Shown here in pieces: positions 10,526 to 18,705 of a stretch of DNA of 64,000 bases. The notes beneath the pieces were generated by a model. That model was not told where the DNA came from and made no database searches. It saw nothing but the letters and a program-made list of their open reading frames with translations. A program made the translations under genes and the position numbers. The stretch spans positions 410,033-474,032 of the forward strand of contig JAULAX010000018.1 in assembly GCA_032654565.1 (NCBI GenBank), written 5' to 3'. Position 1 is the stretch's first letter; each line of letters starts with the position of its first letter. Origin of the DNA: Anaeromyxobacteraceae bacterium. Its GTDB lineage: Bacteria > Myxococcota > Myxococcia > Myxococcales > Anaeromyxobacteraceae.

Positions 10526-11985
10526 AAGCTGCCGAGGAACTCGTCGTTGGTCTCGAACTCGTTGAGCTTCTTGAGGAGCCGCTCCATGGCCTCGACCGGC
10601 TTGAGCGAGGCCAGGGCGCCGCGCAGCCGCCGCACCTTCTCGATCTCCTTCGGGGAGAAGAGCTTCTCCTCCTTGCGGGTGCCGGAGGCGCCGATGTCGA
10701 TGGCCGGGAAGATGCGCCGCTCCGAGAGCTGCCGGGAGAGCACCACCTCCATGTTTCCGGTGCCCTTGAACTCCTCGAAGATCACCTCGTCCATGCGCGA
10801 GCCGGTGTCGATGAGGGCGGTGGCGATGATGGTGAGCGAGCCGCCCTCCTCGGCCTTGCGGGCGGCGCCGAAGAGCCGCTTGGGCCGCTCCAGCGCGCGC
10901 GAGTCGACGCCGCCGGTGAGGGTGCGGCCGGAGGACTCGACCTCCTTGTTGTAGGCGCGGGCCAGCCGGGTGATGGAGTCGAGCAGGATGACCACGTCCT
11001 TGCCCCCCTCCACCAGCCGCCGGGCGCGCTCCATGGCCATCTCGGCGGCGTGGATGTGCTCCTCGGCCGGCCGGTCGTTGGAGGAGCCGATCACCTCGCC
11101 CTTGATGTTGCGGCGCATGTCGGTGAGCTCCTCGGGCCGCTCGTCGACCAGCAGCACCGTCAGGTGCACGTCGGGCCGGTTGGCGGTGATGGCCTGGGCG
11201 ATCCGCTGCAGCATGATGGTCTTGCCGGCCTTGGGCGGCGAGGTGATCAGGCCGCGGGCCCCGAGGCCGATGGGCGAGATGAGGTCGAGCACCCGCCCCA
11301 CCAGCTCGTCGGCGCGGGTCTCCATCACCAGCCGCTCGGTGGGATCGGTGGCGGTCAGGTTGGGGAAGTGGGTGCGGCGCAGCACCGCCATGGGGTCGGC
11401 GCCCTCGAGGGTGTCGACCTTGGTGAGCACCCGCTTCATGTTGCGGGTGGCCGCCTGGCCCTTCACCAGCAGCCCGGCCTGGAGGTGCATCCGGTCGATG
11501 AGCCAGCGGGGCACCTCGACGTCGAACGGCTGGGGGTTGTAGCTCTTCTTGGGATCGCGCAGCGCGCCGTTCCCCTTGCCCTCGAACTCGAGGACGCCCT
11601 CGACCTCCTCGGTCACCTCGGGCTGGCCGTTGCCCGGGCCGCCCTGCGGCCCCTGGCTCCCCTGCGGCTGGCCGCCAGGGGGCGCGCCCTGCGGGGCCTG
11701 TCCACCCGGCTGCCCGCCGGGCTGGCCGCCCGGGCCGTTGCCGCCGGGGCCGTTGCCGTTGGGGCTGCCCGGAGGTCCACCGCGGCCGCGGCGACCGCGG
11801 CGACGGCGGCGGCGGCGCCCCTGGCCGGGCTGGCCGGGTTGTCCACCCTGGCCGGGCTGTCCGCCACCTTCGTTGGGACCACCGTCACCGTCGCCTCCGC
11901 CGCCTCCGGACGCGGGAGTCTGCGCCGGCGCGGATGGAGTGGTGGCGGGCTGCCCCTGGGGGCCGTTCTCGTGATTCTCGCTCAT
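10522..11985 (-). CDS. rho: Transcription termination factor Rho with a Gly/Pro/Gln/Arg-rich N-terminal extension
   Basis: OB-fold region and RecA core are present (..LDLISPIGLGARGLITSPPKAGKTIMLQ..VLLVDERPEE..). The first ~125 aa are low complexity (GGQPGQ repeats, RRRRRRRGRRGRGG). Confidence 0.93.
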   Translation of the reverse strand: MSENHENGPQGQPATTPSAPAQTPASGGGGGDGDGGPNEGGGQPGQGGQPGQPGQGRRRRRRRGRRGRGGPPGSPNGNGPGGNGPGGQPGGQPGGQAPQGAPPGGQPQGSQGPQGGPGNGQPEVTEEVEGVLEFEGKGNGALRDPKKSYNPQPFDVEVPRWLIDRMHLQAGLLVKGQAATRNMKRVLTKVDTLEGADPMAVLRRTHFPNLTATDPTERLVMETRADELVGRVLDLISPIGLGARGLITSPPKAGKTIMLQRIAQAITANRPDVHLTVLLVDERPEELTDMRRNIKGEVIGSSNDRPAEEHIHAAEMAMERARRLVEGGKDVVILLDSITRLARAYNKEVESSGRTLTGGVDSRALERPKRLFGAARKAEEGGSLTIIATALIDTGSRMDEVIFEEFKGTGNMEVVLSRQLSERRIFPAIDIGASGTRKEEKLFSPKEIEKVRRLRGALASLKPVEAMERLLKKLNEFETNDEFLGSF

Positions 11986-12236
11986 GTGGTGTCTGCTGCG
12001 CGGCCCCCGGCGAGTCGCCTGGGGCGCGTCCTACGTCTCTTCTGGAGTGGCGGCCGGCTCGAGACGCGCCGCGCGAGGCGGCGTCCGGTGGTGCGCTGCT
12101 CGCTGCAAGCCGACCGGGCCGTCACCCCTCCGCCTCGACCAAGAGTCGCTGGCTGGGAGTGACGGGAGGATCCATAGCAAGAAAGGGATCCGCAGGCAAA
12201 GCAGAAACGCGCAGGCCCTGTGTGGGCCGGGGCGGC

Positions 12237-14756
12237 TCAGGGGGCCGGCCGGGCCACCCACTCCACCGGCAGGGCCAGCACCGGCCCCAGCTCGAGGAGC
12301 AGGGCGGCGGCGCCCAGCTCGGGGAAGAGCGCCGCCGTTCGCCGCAGCACCGCCTCACCGCCGGTCATGACCGCCGCCCCCAGCGACACCTGGAGGTCCC
12401 TCCAGTCGCCGCCGCTGCGGCGCACCTCGACGTCGGCGTCGGCCGGCAGCCCGGCGCTGGTCCGCGCCGCCGCCACCGCCTCCTCGAGCCCGCCCAGCTG
12501 GTCCACCAGCCGGCGGGTGAGCGCCTGCTGGCCGGTCCAGACGCGGCCGCCCGCCACCCGCTCCACCTCGGCGCGCGGCAGGGCCCGCCCCTCGACCACC
12601 CGGTCGAGGAAGGTGGCGTAGACGGCGTCGACTTGCCTCGCCACCAGGGCCCGCTCCTCGTCGCGCCACGGGCGGGCCAGCGTGGTGAGGTCGGCGTTCC
12701 GGCCCCGGGTCTGGACGTCGCGGTGGACGGAGAGCTTCTCCAGCAGCCCGGAGAGCTCGGGCTTGAGCACGAAGACCCCGATCGATCCGGTCAGCGTCGA
12801 GGGCTCGGCCAGGATCCGCTCGGCGCCCACCGCCGCCAGGTAGCCGCCGCTGGCCGCCACGTCGCCCATCGAGGCGATGACCGGCTTCCGCTCCCGCGCC
12901 TTCTTGACGGCGCGCCAGATCAGGTCGGAGGCCACCGCGTCGCCGCCGGGGGAGTCGACGCGCAGGACGATGGCCTTGACCCGCCCGTCCCGGGCCGCCT
13001 CCTCGAGCTGGGCGACCACGGTCTCGGCGCCGCTGATGCGCGCGCCGCCGAGCGGCTCGAGCCGGCTGTGGCCCGCGGCGATGATCCCCTCTAGGCCGAC
13101 CACGGCGATGACCGGGGGGAGCCCCCAGCGCCGCGCCTGGCGGGGCGGCGCCGGATCGTACCCCTCGGCCAGGTCGAGCCCCCGGCCGGTGACCGTGCGG
13201 GACCAGCCCTCCAGCTCGTCGGGCCAGAGCAGCTCGTCCACCAGCCGCTCCTGCCGGGCCTCGGCGGCGGAGAAGACGCCCCGGTCGAGGAGCCCCCTGA
13301 CGGCGGCGGCCTCGAGCCGGCGCCCCTGCGCCACGTCGGCGACCAGCCGGTCGTAGACGTCGTCGAGGATGGCCCCGGTCATCTCCTTCGACTCCGGCGA
13401 CGGCTCGTTGCGCGTGAAGGGCTCGGGGGCGGTCTTGAAGCCGCCGGCCCGCACCGCCTCCACGGTCACGCCCAGCCGGGCCAGGCCGTCCTTGAGGTAG
13501 TACTGGCTGACGGAGAGGCCGTTCACCAGCAGCGTCGAGGACGGGGACATGGCCACCGAGGTGGCGGCGGTGGCCAGCCAGTAACCCTTCAAGCCGCCGC
13601 CGACCAGGGAGGCCAGCACCGGCTTGCGATCCCGCAGGCGCAGGATGGCCCCGCGCAGCTCCTCGATCCTGCCGGCGCCGAGCGGCAGGTCGCCGATCTG
13701 CAGCACCACCGCCCCCACCGCGGCGTCGTCGCCCGCCGCGGCCAGCTGCTCAAGCAGGACGCCGAAGCGATCCGGCCCGCGGAGCTCGAGGAAGAGGAAG
13801 CGGCGGGGCGCCAGCTCGCCGGCCAGGTCGAGGCGCGGGGTCGAGGAGGCGGCGGAGGCGGTGGGGTACCGCTCCCAGGAGGCGCGGGCACCGACCAGCC
13901 AGCGGGTGTCATCCTCGGCGGCGGCGGCCCCCACCGTGGCGCCGGCGTGCCGGCCGTTCCAGGTGAGCGAGACCATCCCCGCCGGGAGCCGCTGCGGCGG
14001 CGCCAGGGCCGTGCTCCCCACCGGGATCCGGTACTGGGCGGTGAAGGCGAGCCCACGGGCGAGCTCGACGGCGACCCCGACCGCGGCGCCGGTCACGTCG
14101 AAGCTTCCGCGGGCCTGGTCGTTGGCCAGCAGGTCGGCCGAGAGCGTCACCGAGTCGTCGAGGAAGCGGAGGCCGAGCCCGAGGTCGTAGCGGACCGGCA
14201 GCTTCCTCCCCAGGTACCTGGCGTCGACGCCGAGCATCGAGGCGCCGAGCGAGAGGTGCCGCCACGGGCGGAGGGCGAGGCCGAGGTCGAAGGCCTGCAT
14301 GGGCTCGATGGCCGGGTCCGGCGAGCTCCACCAGCGCCAGGAGATGCCGAGCGAGGCGGTCTGGCCGTCGGTGAGCGCCAGCGCCAGCGTGGTGAGCCGG
14401 TAGCTGGTGCCGGCGGCGGGGCGGACCCACTCGACCGAGAGGCCGTGGCCGAGGGGGCCGGTGAGCCAGGCCCCGTAGAGGCCATCGCCGTCGGCGCCGA
14501 GCGGCCCGTGGCCCTGGACGTGGACGTAGTGGAGGGCCGGGCCGTGGACGAAGCCGATGCTGGCCGGGTTCACCGAGAGCGAGGTGGCCTCCTCGGCGAC
14601 CGCCGCGCCCCCGGTCGGGAGCGGCAGGCCGGAGGAGAGGCTGGCCGGGAGGTCCTGCACCTGGGCGGCCGCGGGCGGCGCCGCCAGGGTGGCCAGGGCG
14701 AGCAGCCCGGAGACGGCGAGCTGAAGGGTGCGCCTGGCCAGCCGGTGCGTGGGCAT
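12237..14756 (-). CDS. sppA: Signal peptide peptidase SppA (two S49 domains) with a ~270-aa N-terminal extension
   Basis: Two ClpP/S49-like modules (..GSIGVFVLKPE.., ..ASMGDVAASGGYLAA..). Signal peptide ..LATLAAPPAAAQ. Confidence 0.85.
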   Translation of the reverse strand: MPTHRLARRTLQLAVSGLLALATLAAPPAAAQVQDLPASLSSGLPLPTGGAAVAEEATSLSVNPASIGFVHGPALHYVHVQGHGPLGADGDGLYGAWLTGPLGHGLSVEWVRPAAGTSYRLTTLALALTDGQTASLGISWRWWSSPDPAIEPMQAFDLGLALRPWRHLSLGASMLGVDARYLGRKLPVRYDLGLGLRFLDDSVTLSADLLANDQARGSFDVTGAAVGVAVELARGLAFTAQYRIPVGSTALAPPQRLPAGMVSLTWNGRHAGATVGAAAAEDDTRWLVGARASWERYPTASAASSTPRLDLAGELAPRRFLFLELRGPDRFGVLLEQLAAAGDDAAVGAVVLQIGDLPLGAGRIEELRGAILRLRDRKPVLASLVGGGLKGYWLATAATSVAMSPSSTLLVNGLSVSQYYLKDGLARLGVTVEAVRAGGFKTAPEPFTRNEPSPESKEMTGAILDDVYDRLVADVAQGRRLEAAAVRGLLDRGVFSAAEARQERLVDELLWPDELEGWSRTVTGRGLDLAEGYDPAPPRQARRWGLPPVIAVVGLEGIIAAGHSRLEPLGGARISGAETVVAQLEEAARDGRVKAIVLRVDSPGGDAVASDLIWRAVKKARERKPVIASMGDVAASGGYLAAVGAERILAEPSTLTGSIGVFVLKPELSGLLEKLSVHRDVQTRGRNADLTTLARPWRDEERALVARQVDAVYATFLDRVVEGRALPRAEVERVAGGRVWTGQQALTRRLVDQLGGLEEAVAAARTSAGLPADADVEVRRSGGDWRDLQVSLGAAVMTGGEAVLRRTAALFPELGAAALLLELGPVLALPVEWVARPAP

Positions 14757-14805
14757 GGCGCATCATAGCGGCAGCCGCGACCCGGCGGCGACCAGTGGCC
14801 TGGTC

Positions 14806-15621
14806 CTACTCGGTGCCGGCGTCCTCGACCGAGCGGATCAGCGCCTCGTCGAGCGGGACCAGGTTGCCCGACCGGTACTGCTTGAAGACGTCGAGCAGCT
14901 GCTCCTTGTGCGGGCGCACCTTGCCGATGGGGCAGAGCTCCCACTCCTTGAGCGGCTCGTCGCAGTAGCCCATCCGCTTGTCGCCGCACTTGGGCTGCAG
15001 GTAGCCGCCGATCTCCGGGACCGCCTTCATCACCTCGCGCCGCATCATCGCCACCATCTGGCGGATCTCCCACTGGGCGCGCCAGCAGAGCCGCAGGTCG
15101 GCGATGTGGAGCAGCTCGGTGAAGTTGACCATCACCTGGAAGTTGGTGGGGGTGGCGTTGGGCAGGACGAAGCGGGCGTCTTCGGCCGGGATCCCCTTCT
15201 GCAGGGCCTCCTCGTAGACCCGGGTGATCTCCTTCATCAGCTTGTCGTACTCGTCGGAGAGCCCCTGCTTCTGCCAGCTCTTCGGCATGACGTAGTCGAG
15301 CCGCTCCTCCTTGTAGCGGACATAGCGCTGCGACTGCTGCTCGAAGCTGATGCCGATGCGGTGGCGCACGAACTGGTGGGAGAGGGCGCGGGAGACGCCG
15401 CTGATGCCGAACCAGAAGACCACCTGCTCGAGCGGCGAGGCGTGGCCGGTCTTGAGCCGCTCGCCGATGAACTCGCGGATCTTCTCGGGCGGGATGCGGC
15501 CGTCACCGATCTCGTCCCAGACCTCGCGGGGGGTCTTGGGCGTGTAGCAGGTGCGGTAGGCTCCGTAGAGCTTGGCCAGGGGGTCGCGGGCGTGGTCGAT
15601 GAGCCGGACGTCGAGCGGCAT
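14806..15621 (-). CDS. thyX: FAD-dependent thymidylate synthase ThyX
   Basis: ThyX signature RHRIGISFEQQSQRY. Start moved to MPLDVRLID at ATG 15621, which has an RBS-like GAGG upstream. Confidence 0.9.
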   Translation of the reverse strand: MPLDVRLIDHARDPLAKLYGAYRTCYTPKTPREVWDEIGDGRIPPEKIREFIGERLKTGHASPLEQVVFWFGISGVSRALSHQFVRHRIGISFEQQSQRYVRYKEERLDYVMPKSWQKQGLSDEYDKLMKEITRVYEEALQKGIPAEDARFVLPNATPTNFQVMVNFTELLHIADLRLCWRAQWEIRQMVAMMRREVMKAVPEIGGYLQPKCGDKRMGYCDEPLKEWELCPIGKVRPHKEQLLDVFKQYRSGNLVPLDEALIRSVEDAGTE

Positions 15622-15654
15622 GGGTTTACCTCGAAAGGGAGCGCAGGATACTAC

Positions 15655-16143
15655 ATGGCACCCATGACGCCCGTCCCCGCATCGGCCTCCCACGTCGAGA
15701 TGACCCAGCTGGTGATGCCGAGCCACGCCAACTCACACGGCACCGCCTTCGGCGGCACGGTGATGGCCTGGACCGACCTGGCCGCCGGCATGGCGGCCAT
15801 GCGCCACGCCCGGCTCCCGGTGGTCACCGCCTCCATCGACCAGCTGGTCTTCCGCTCGCCGGTCCGCATCGGCCAGATCGCCCTGGTGCGGGCCCAGGTC
15901 AACGCCGTCTTCGCCACCTCCATGGAGGTGGGAGTGGTGGTGCTGACCGAGGAGCCGCTCACCGGGGAGCAGCACCTCTGCTGCGAGGCCTTCCTGACGT
16001 TCGTGGCGCTGGGGCCCGACCAGCACCCCCGGCCGGTGGCGCCGCTGCGGGCCGAGACCGAGCTGGAGCAGCAGCGTCAGCGCGAGGCGGGCACGCGGCG
16101 GGCCGCCCGGCTCGAGCTGCGCGAGACGCTGAAGGGGAGGTAG
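15655..16143 (+). CDS. Acyl-CoA thioesterase (hotdog fold, YciA-like)
   Basis: ..MTQLVMPSHANSHGTAFGGTVMAWTD..ASIDQLVFRSPVRIGQ.. The upstream part of track ORF 14728..16143 is antisense to thyX, so I used the ATG at 15655. Confidence 0.85.
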   Translation: MAPMTPVPASASHVEMTQLVMPSHANSHGTAFGGTVMAWTDLAAGMAAMRHARLPVVTASIDQLVFRSPVRIGQIALVRAQVNAVFATSMEVGVVVLTEEPLTGEQHLCCEAFLTFVALGPDQHPRPVAPLRAETELEQQRQREAGTRRAARLELRETLKGR

Positions 16144-16157
16144 GGAGGCGCCGGGCC

Positions 16158-16700
16158 CTAGGGTCGCGGCCGCTCGACCTCGGCCTTGAGCGAGGCCAGG
16201 CCCCGCTCGAAGTCGGGCCCGATCATCTTGTCCATGTCCATGAAGACCGACATGGCGCGGGCCACCAGGCCGTTGGTGCCCGTCATGAGCCAGGTGACGC
16301 GGGAGCCCACGCCCTCGGGGACGACGACGAAGGAGGTCTCGCTGGTCGACTCGTAGGGGCGCAGGAACTCCAGCTTGATGACCACCCTGGCCCCCGGGGT
16401 CGCCTCGACGATGGTCATGCGGCCGGCGCCGACCTTGTCGTCGCCGCTCCAGGTGGAGACGGCGCCGACGCCCTGGCCGATCACGGTGGTCTTCTGGTTC
16501 GGGTCGAGCCTGGCCCAGGGGGACCAGCGCGCCCAGCGGTGGAGGTCGACGACCGCGGCGTAGACCTCGGCGGCGGGGGCCGAGATGGCGGCGGAGCGCT
16601 CCACCCGGTAGGTGGCGGGGCGGGTGGCGGCGACGGCCACCACCAGCAGCGGGACGGCGATGAAGACGGAGAGGATGGCGAGGATGAGCTTCTTGAGCAC
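16158..16700 (-). CDS. SRPBCC (START/polyketide-cyclase-like) family protein with an N-terminal TM anchor
   Basis: TM helix followed by ..YRVERSAAISAPAAEVYAAVVDLHRWARWSPW.., typical of the SRPBCC fold. Confidence 0.7.
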   Translation of the reverse strand: MLKKLILAILSVFIAVPLLVVAVAATRPATYRVERSAAISAPAAEVYAAVVDLHRWARWSPWARLDPNQKTTVIGQGVGAVSTWSGDDKVGAGRMTIVEATPGARVVIKLEFLRPYESTSETSFVVVPEGVGSRVTWLMTGTNGLVARAMSVFMDMDKMIGPDFERGLASLKAEVERPRP

Positions 16701-16729
16701 GGGGAGGCCTCCGCTGATGTTCTACGCGG

Positions 16730-17218
16730 TCAGCCCTTGCCGCGCAGGCGCAAGCAGAGCCCGCCCGAGTCGTAGTAGGTGAAGCGGACCGAGCCGGCCA
16801 GGAGGCGCATGCCGGGCTGGAGCGCCACGGCGTCGGGGCCGAGCTGGGCGTCCTCGACGGCGGAGCCGTTGGTCGAGCCGGCGTCCCGGACGGACCAGCC
16901 GAGCGGCTCGGGCTGGAGCAGCAGGTGGATGCGGGAGAGGGTGGCGTCGTCGACGACGATGTCGTTGTCGGAGGCGCGCCCGAGGGAGAGGTAGGTCCGC
17001 TGGGTGGGGGGCTCGAGCGCGATGGCGAGCGACTCACCGGCGCCATGGGGGACGCTGCCGAGGAGGCTGTCCTGGGCGAGGGTGTCCTTGGTCTGGTAGG
17101 TGGGGCGCCACGGCCCGGCCTCCCAGACCAGCCAGTCCTCCGGCCAGGCCTTGGTGAAGGCGTCGAGGGTCTGTCCCTGGGAGGCCTTGGCCAGCCAGGT
17201 CAGCAGGTATCCACGCAA
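16730..17218 (-). CDS. FHA-domain protein
   Basis: C-terminal FHA signature ..LSLGRASDNDIVVDDATLSRIHLLL...DAGSTNGSAV.. Confidence 0.75.
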   Translation of the reverse strand: MRGYLLTWLAKASQGQTLDAFTKAWPEDWLVWEAGPWRPTYQTKDTLAQDSLLGSVPHGAGESLAIALEPPTQRTYLSLGRASDNDIVVDDATLSRIHLLLQPEPLGWSVRDAGSTNGSAVEDAQLGPDAVALQPGMRLLAGSVRFTYYDSGGLCLRLRGKG

Positions 17219-17327
17219 GGAAGTCCTCCGCCCGGGATGACAGCATAGAGAAGCGGCGGCTGTCGACTGCTACTTGCAGATCATTTCACCGCCTCCACGC
17301 CTCGGCCTGGCAGGCAGGAGGACTGAA

Positions 17328-17429
17328 GACCGCTTCCCCCGTCCCCCCCTCCCGTCCCAGAGACCGCTTCCCCCGTCCCCCCCTCCCGTCCCAGAGACCG
17401 CTTCCCCCGTCCCCCCCTCCCGTCCCAGA
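17328..17429 (-). repeat. 3 x 34-bp perfect tandem repeat, G-rich on the minus strand
   Basis: gaccgcttcccccgtccccccctcccgtcccaga occurs three times head to tail (17328-17361, 17362-17395, 17396-17429). It is immediately followed by gtagttcgg. Confidence 0.95.
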
Positions 17430-18698
17430 GTAGTTCGGCGGACCAAGGTCCGCGGGACGGCCGGGGTGGGGTGGGCGGCGGTGAGGCAAGTGGCCGGAAT
17501 CGCGAGCGGAGGCATTGGCACGGGTCCTGCGATGTAGCCCCAGGCCATGACCGCGCCACGCCAGGTGCTCCCGGGCACCACCTACCTCATCACCCGCCGG
17601 TGCCTGAACCGGCAGTTCTTCCTGCGCCCCTCCAAGGCCACCAACCAGCTCGTCGGCTTCCTCCTCGCCGTCGCCGCCGAGCGCTTCCACGTCGAGGTCC
17701 ACGCCTTCTGCGTGATGTCCAACCACCTCCACCTCGTGGTCACCGACCCCGACGCCTGCCTCCCCGCCTTCGGCAGGTTCCTCGACTCGCTCATCGGCCG
17801 CTCCATGAACGCCATGCTGGGGCGCCAGGAGTACTTCTGGGGGCCGCCCACCTTCAGCGCCGTCGCCCTGCAGTCCCCGGCCGACGTCCTCGACAAGGTC
17901 GCCTACACCCTCGCCAACCCGGTCAAGGCCGGCCTGGTCCGCCGCGGACGGCTCTGGCCGGGGCTCTGGTCCGCCCCGGACCAGATGGGCGCCGCGCCCC
18001 TCGAGTTCGCCAGGCCCTCCTCCTTCTTCCGGCGGGCCGGCCAGGGGTCCCTTCCCGACCGGGCCTCCCTGCGGCTCGTCATCCCCACGGGCTTCGACTC
18101 TCCGGCCCACTTCCGCCGCTCCCTCCACGCCGCCCTCGCCGACCGGGAGCAAGCCGCCTCTGCCCACCTCGCCTCGCGCGGGCGTGGCTTCCTCGGCGTC
18201 CAGCGCGTGCTCACACAGAGCCCCTTCGACAGGCCTCCTACCAGGGAGCCCCTCGGAGGGCTCAACCCGCGCGTCGCCAGCCACGACACCTGGCGTCGCG
18301 TCCAGGCCCTCCGCGCCCTCGGCTCCTTCATCCAGGACTACCGCCGCGCCTTCGACCGCTGGCGCGCCGGCTCCTCCGGCGTCCTCTTCCCCGCCGGCAC
18401 CTATCTCATGCGCGTCCTCCACCGCGCCCCCTGCCTCGCCCCTGGCTGACTCACCACCCCGTCAGCTTCCCCCACTCAGCCTCGTCACCACGTCAGTCGT
18501 CTCCGGCCGCGGTCGGGGACTGCCTGGGGACGGCTCTCCAGCCTGAGTCCAGGGGGTCCTCCCGCTTCGACGCCTCGGTTCAGGCGTCAGGTGGACCCTT
18601 CTGAGCGTGTTCGGGCGACGGTTCACTACCTGGCGACCCAAGTTGACCCAGCCGTACCCCGCGAGCGACTGGCGAGGTCTCAACTACTCCCGGACCGG
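17419..18698 (+). mobile_element. RAYT-like unit: Y1/HUH transposase gene bracketed by inverted GTAG-headed ~20-bp repeats
   Basis: Left repeat 17419-17438 is cccgtcccagagtagttcgg. The rc of the right repeat 18679-18698 is ccggtccgggagtagttgag. They are 16/20 identical and in inverted orientation. Confidence 0.6.
17547..18449 (+). CDS. IS200/IS605-type Y1 (HUH) transposase-like protein, REP-associated tyrosine transposase (RAYT)-like
   Basis: HUH motif ..FCVMSNHLHLVVTD.. and tyrosine motif ..KVAYTLANPVKAGLV.. 300 aa. Confidence 0.75.
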   Translation: MTAPRQVLPGTTYLITRRCLNRQFFLRPSKATNQLVGFLLAVAAERFHVEVHAFCVMSNHLHLVVTDPDACLPAFGRFLDSLIGRSMNAMLGRQEYFWGPPTFSAVALQSPADVLDKVAYTLANPVKAGLVRRGRLWPGLWSAPDQMGAAPLEFARPSSFFRRAGQGSLPDRASLRLVIPTGFDSPAHFRRSLHAALADREQAASAHLASRGRGFLGVQRVLTQSPFDRPPTREPLGGLNPRVASHDTWRRVQALRALGSFIQDYRRAFDRWRAGSSGVLFPAGTYLMRVLHRAPCLAPG

Positions 18699-18705
18699 TG
18701 CGGCT

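Noticed and set aside
11986-12236. Possible structured rho leader or attenuator (GGATCC...GGATCC hairpin around 12165-12190)
   Set aside because: Only a 6-bp stem built from a self-complementary restriction-site-like hexamer. I could not identify a convincing extended structure or conserved element by eye. Left as an ordinary 5' region.
17328-17429. Possible CRISPR array. The same question applies to the other tandem repeats at 23252, 34697, 37847 and 38063.
   Set aside because: The repeats are directly abutting with no unique spacers. Units are 14-48 bp. No cas genes are in the window. These are tandem repeats/minisatellites, not CRISPR.
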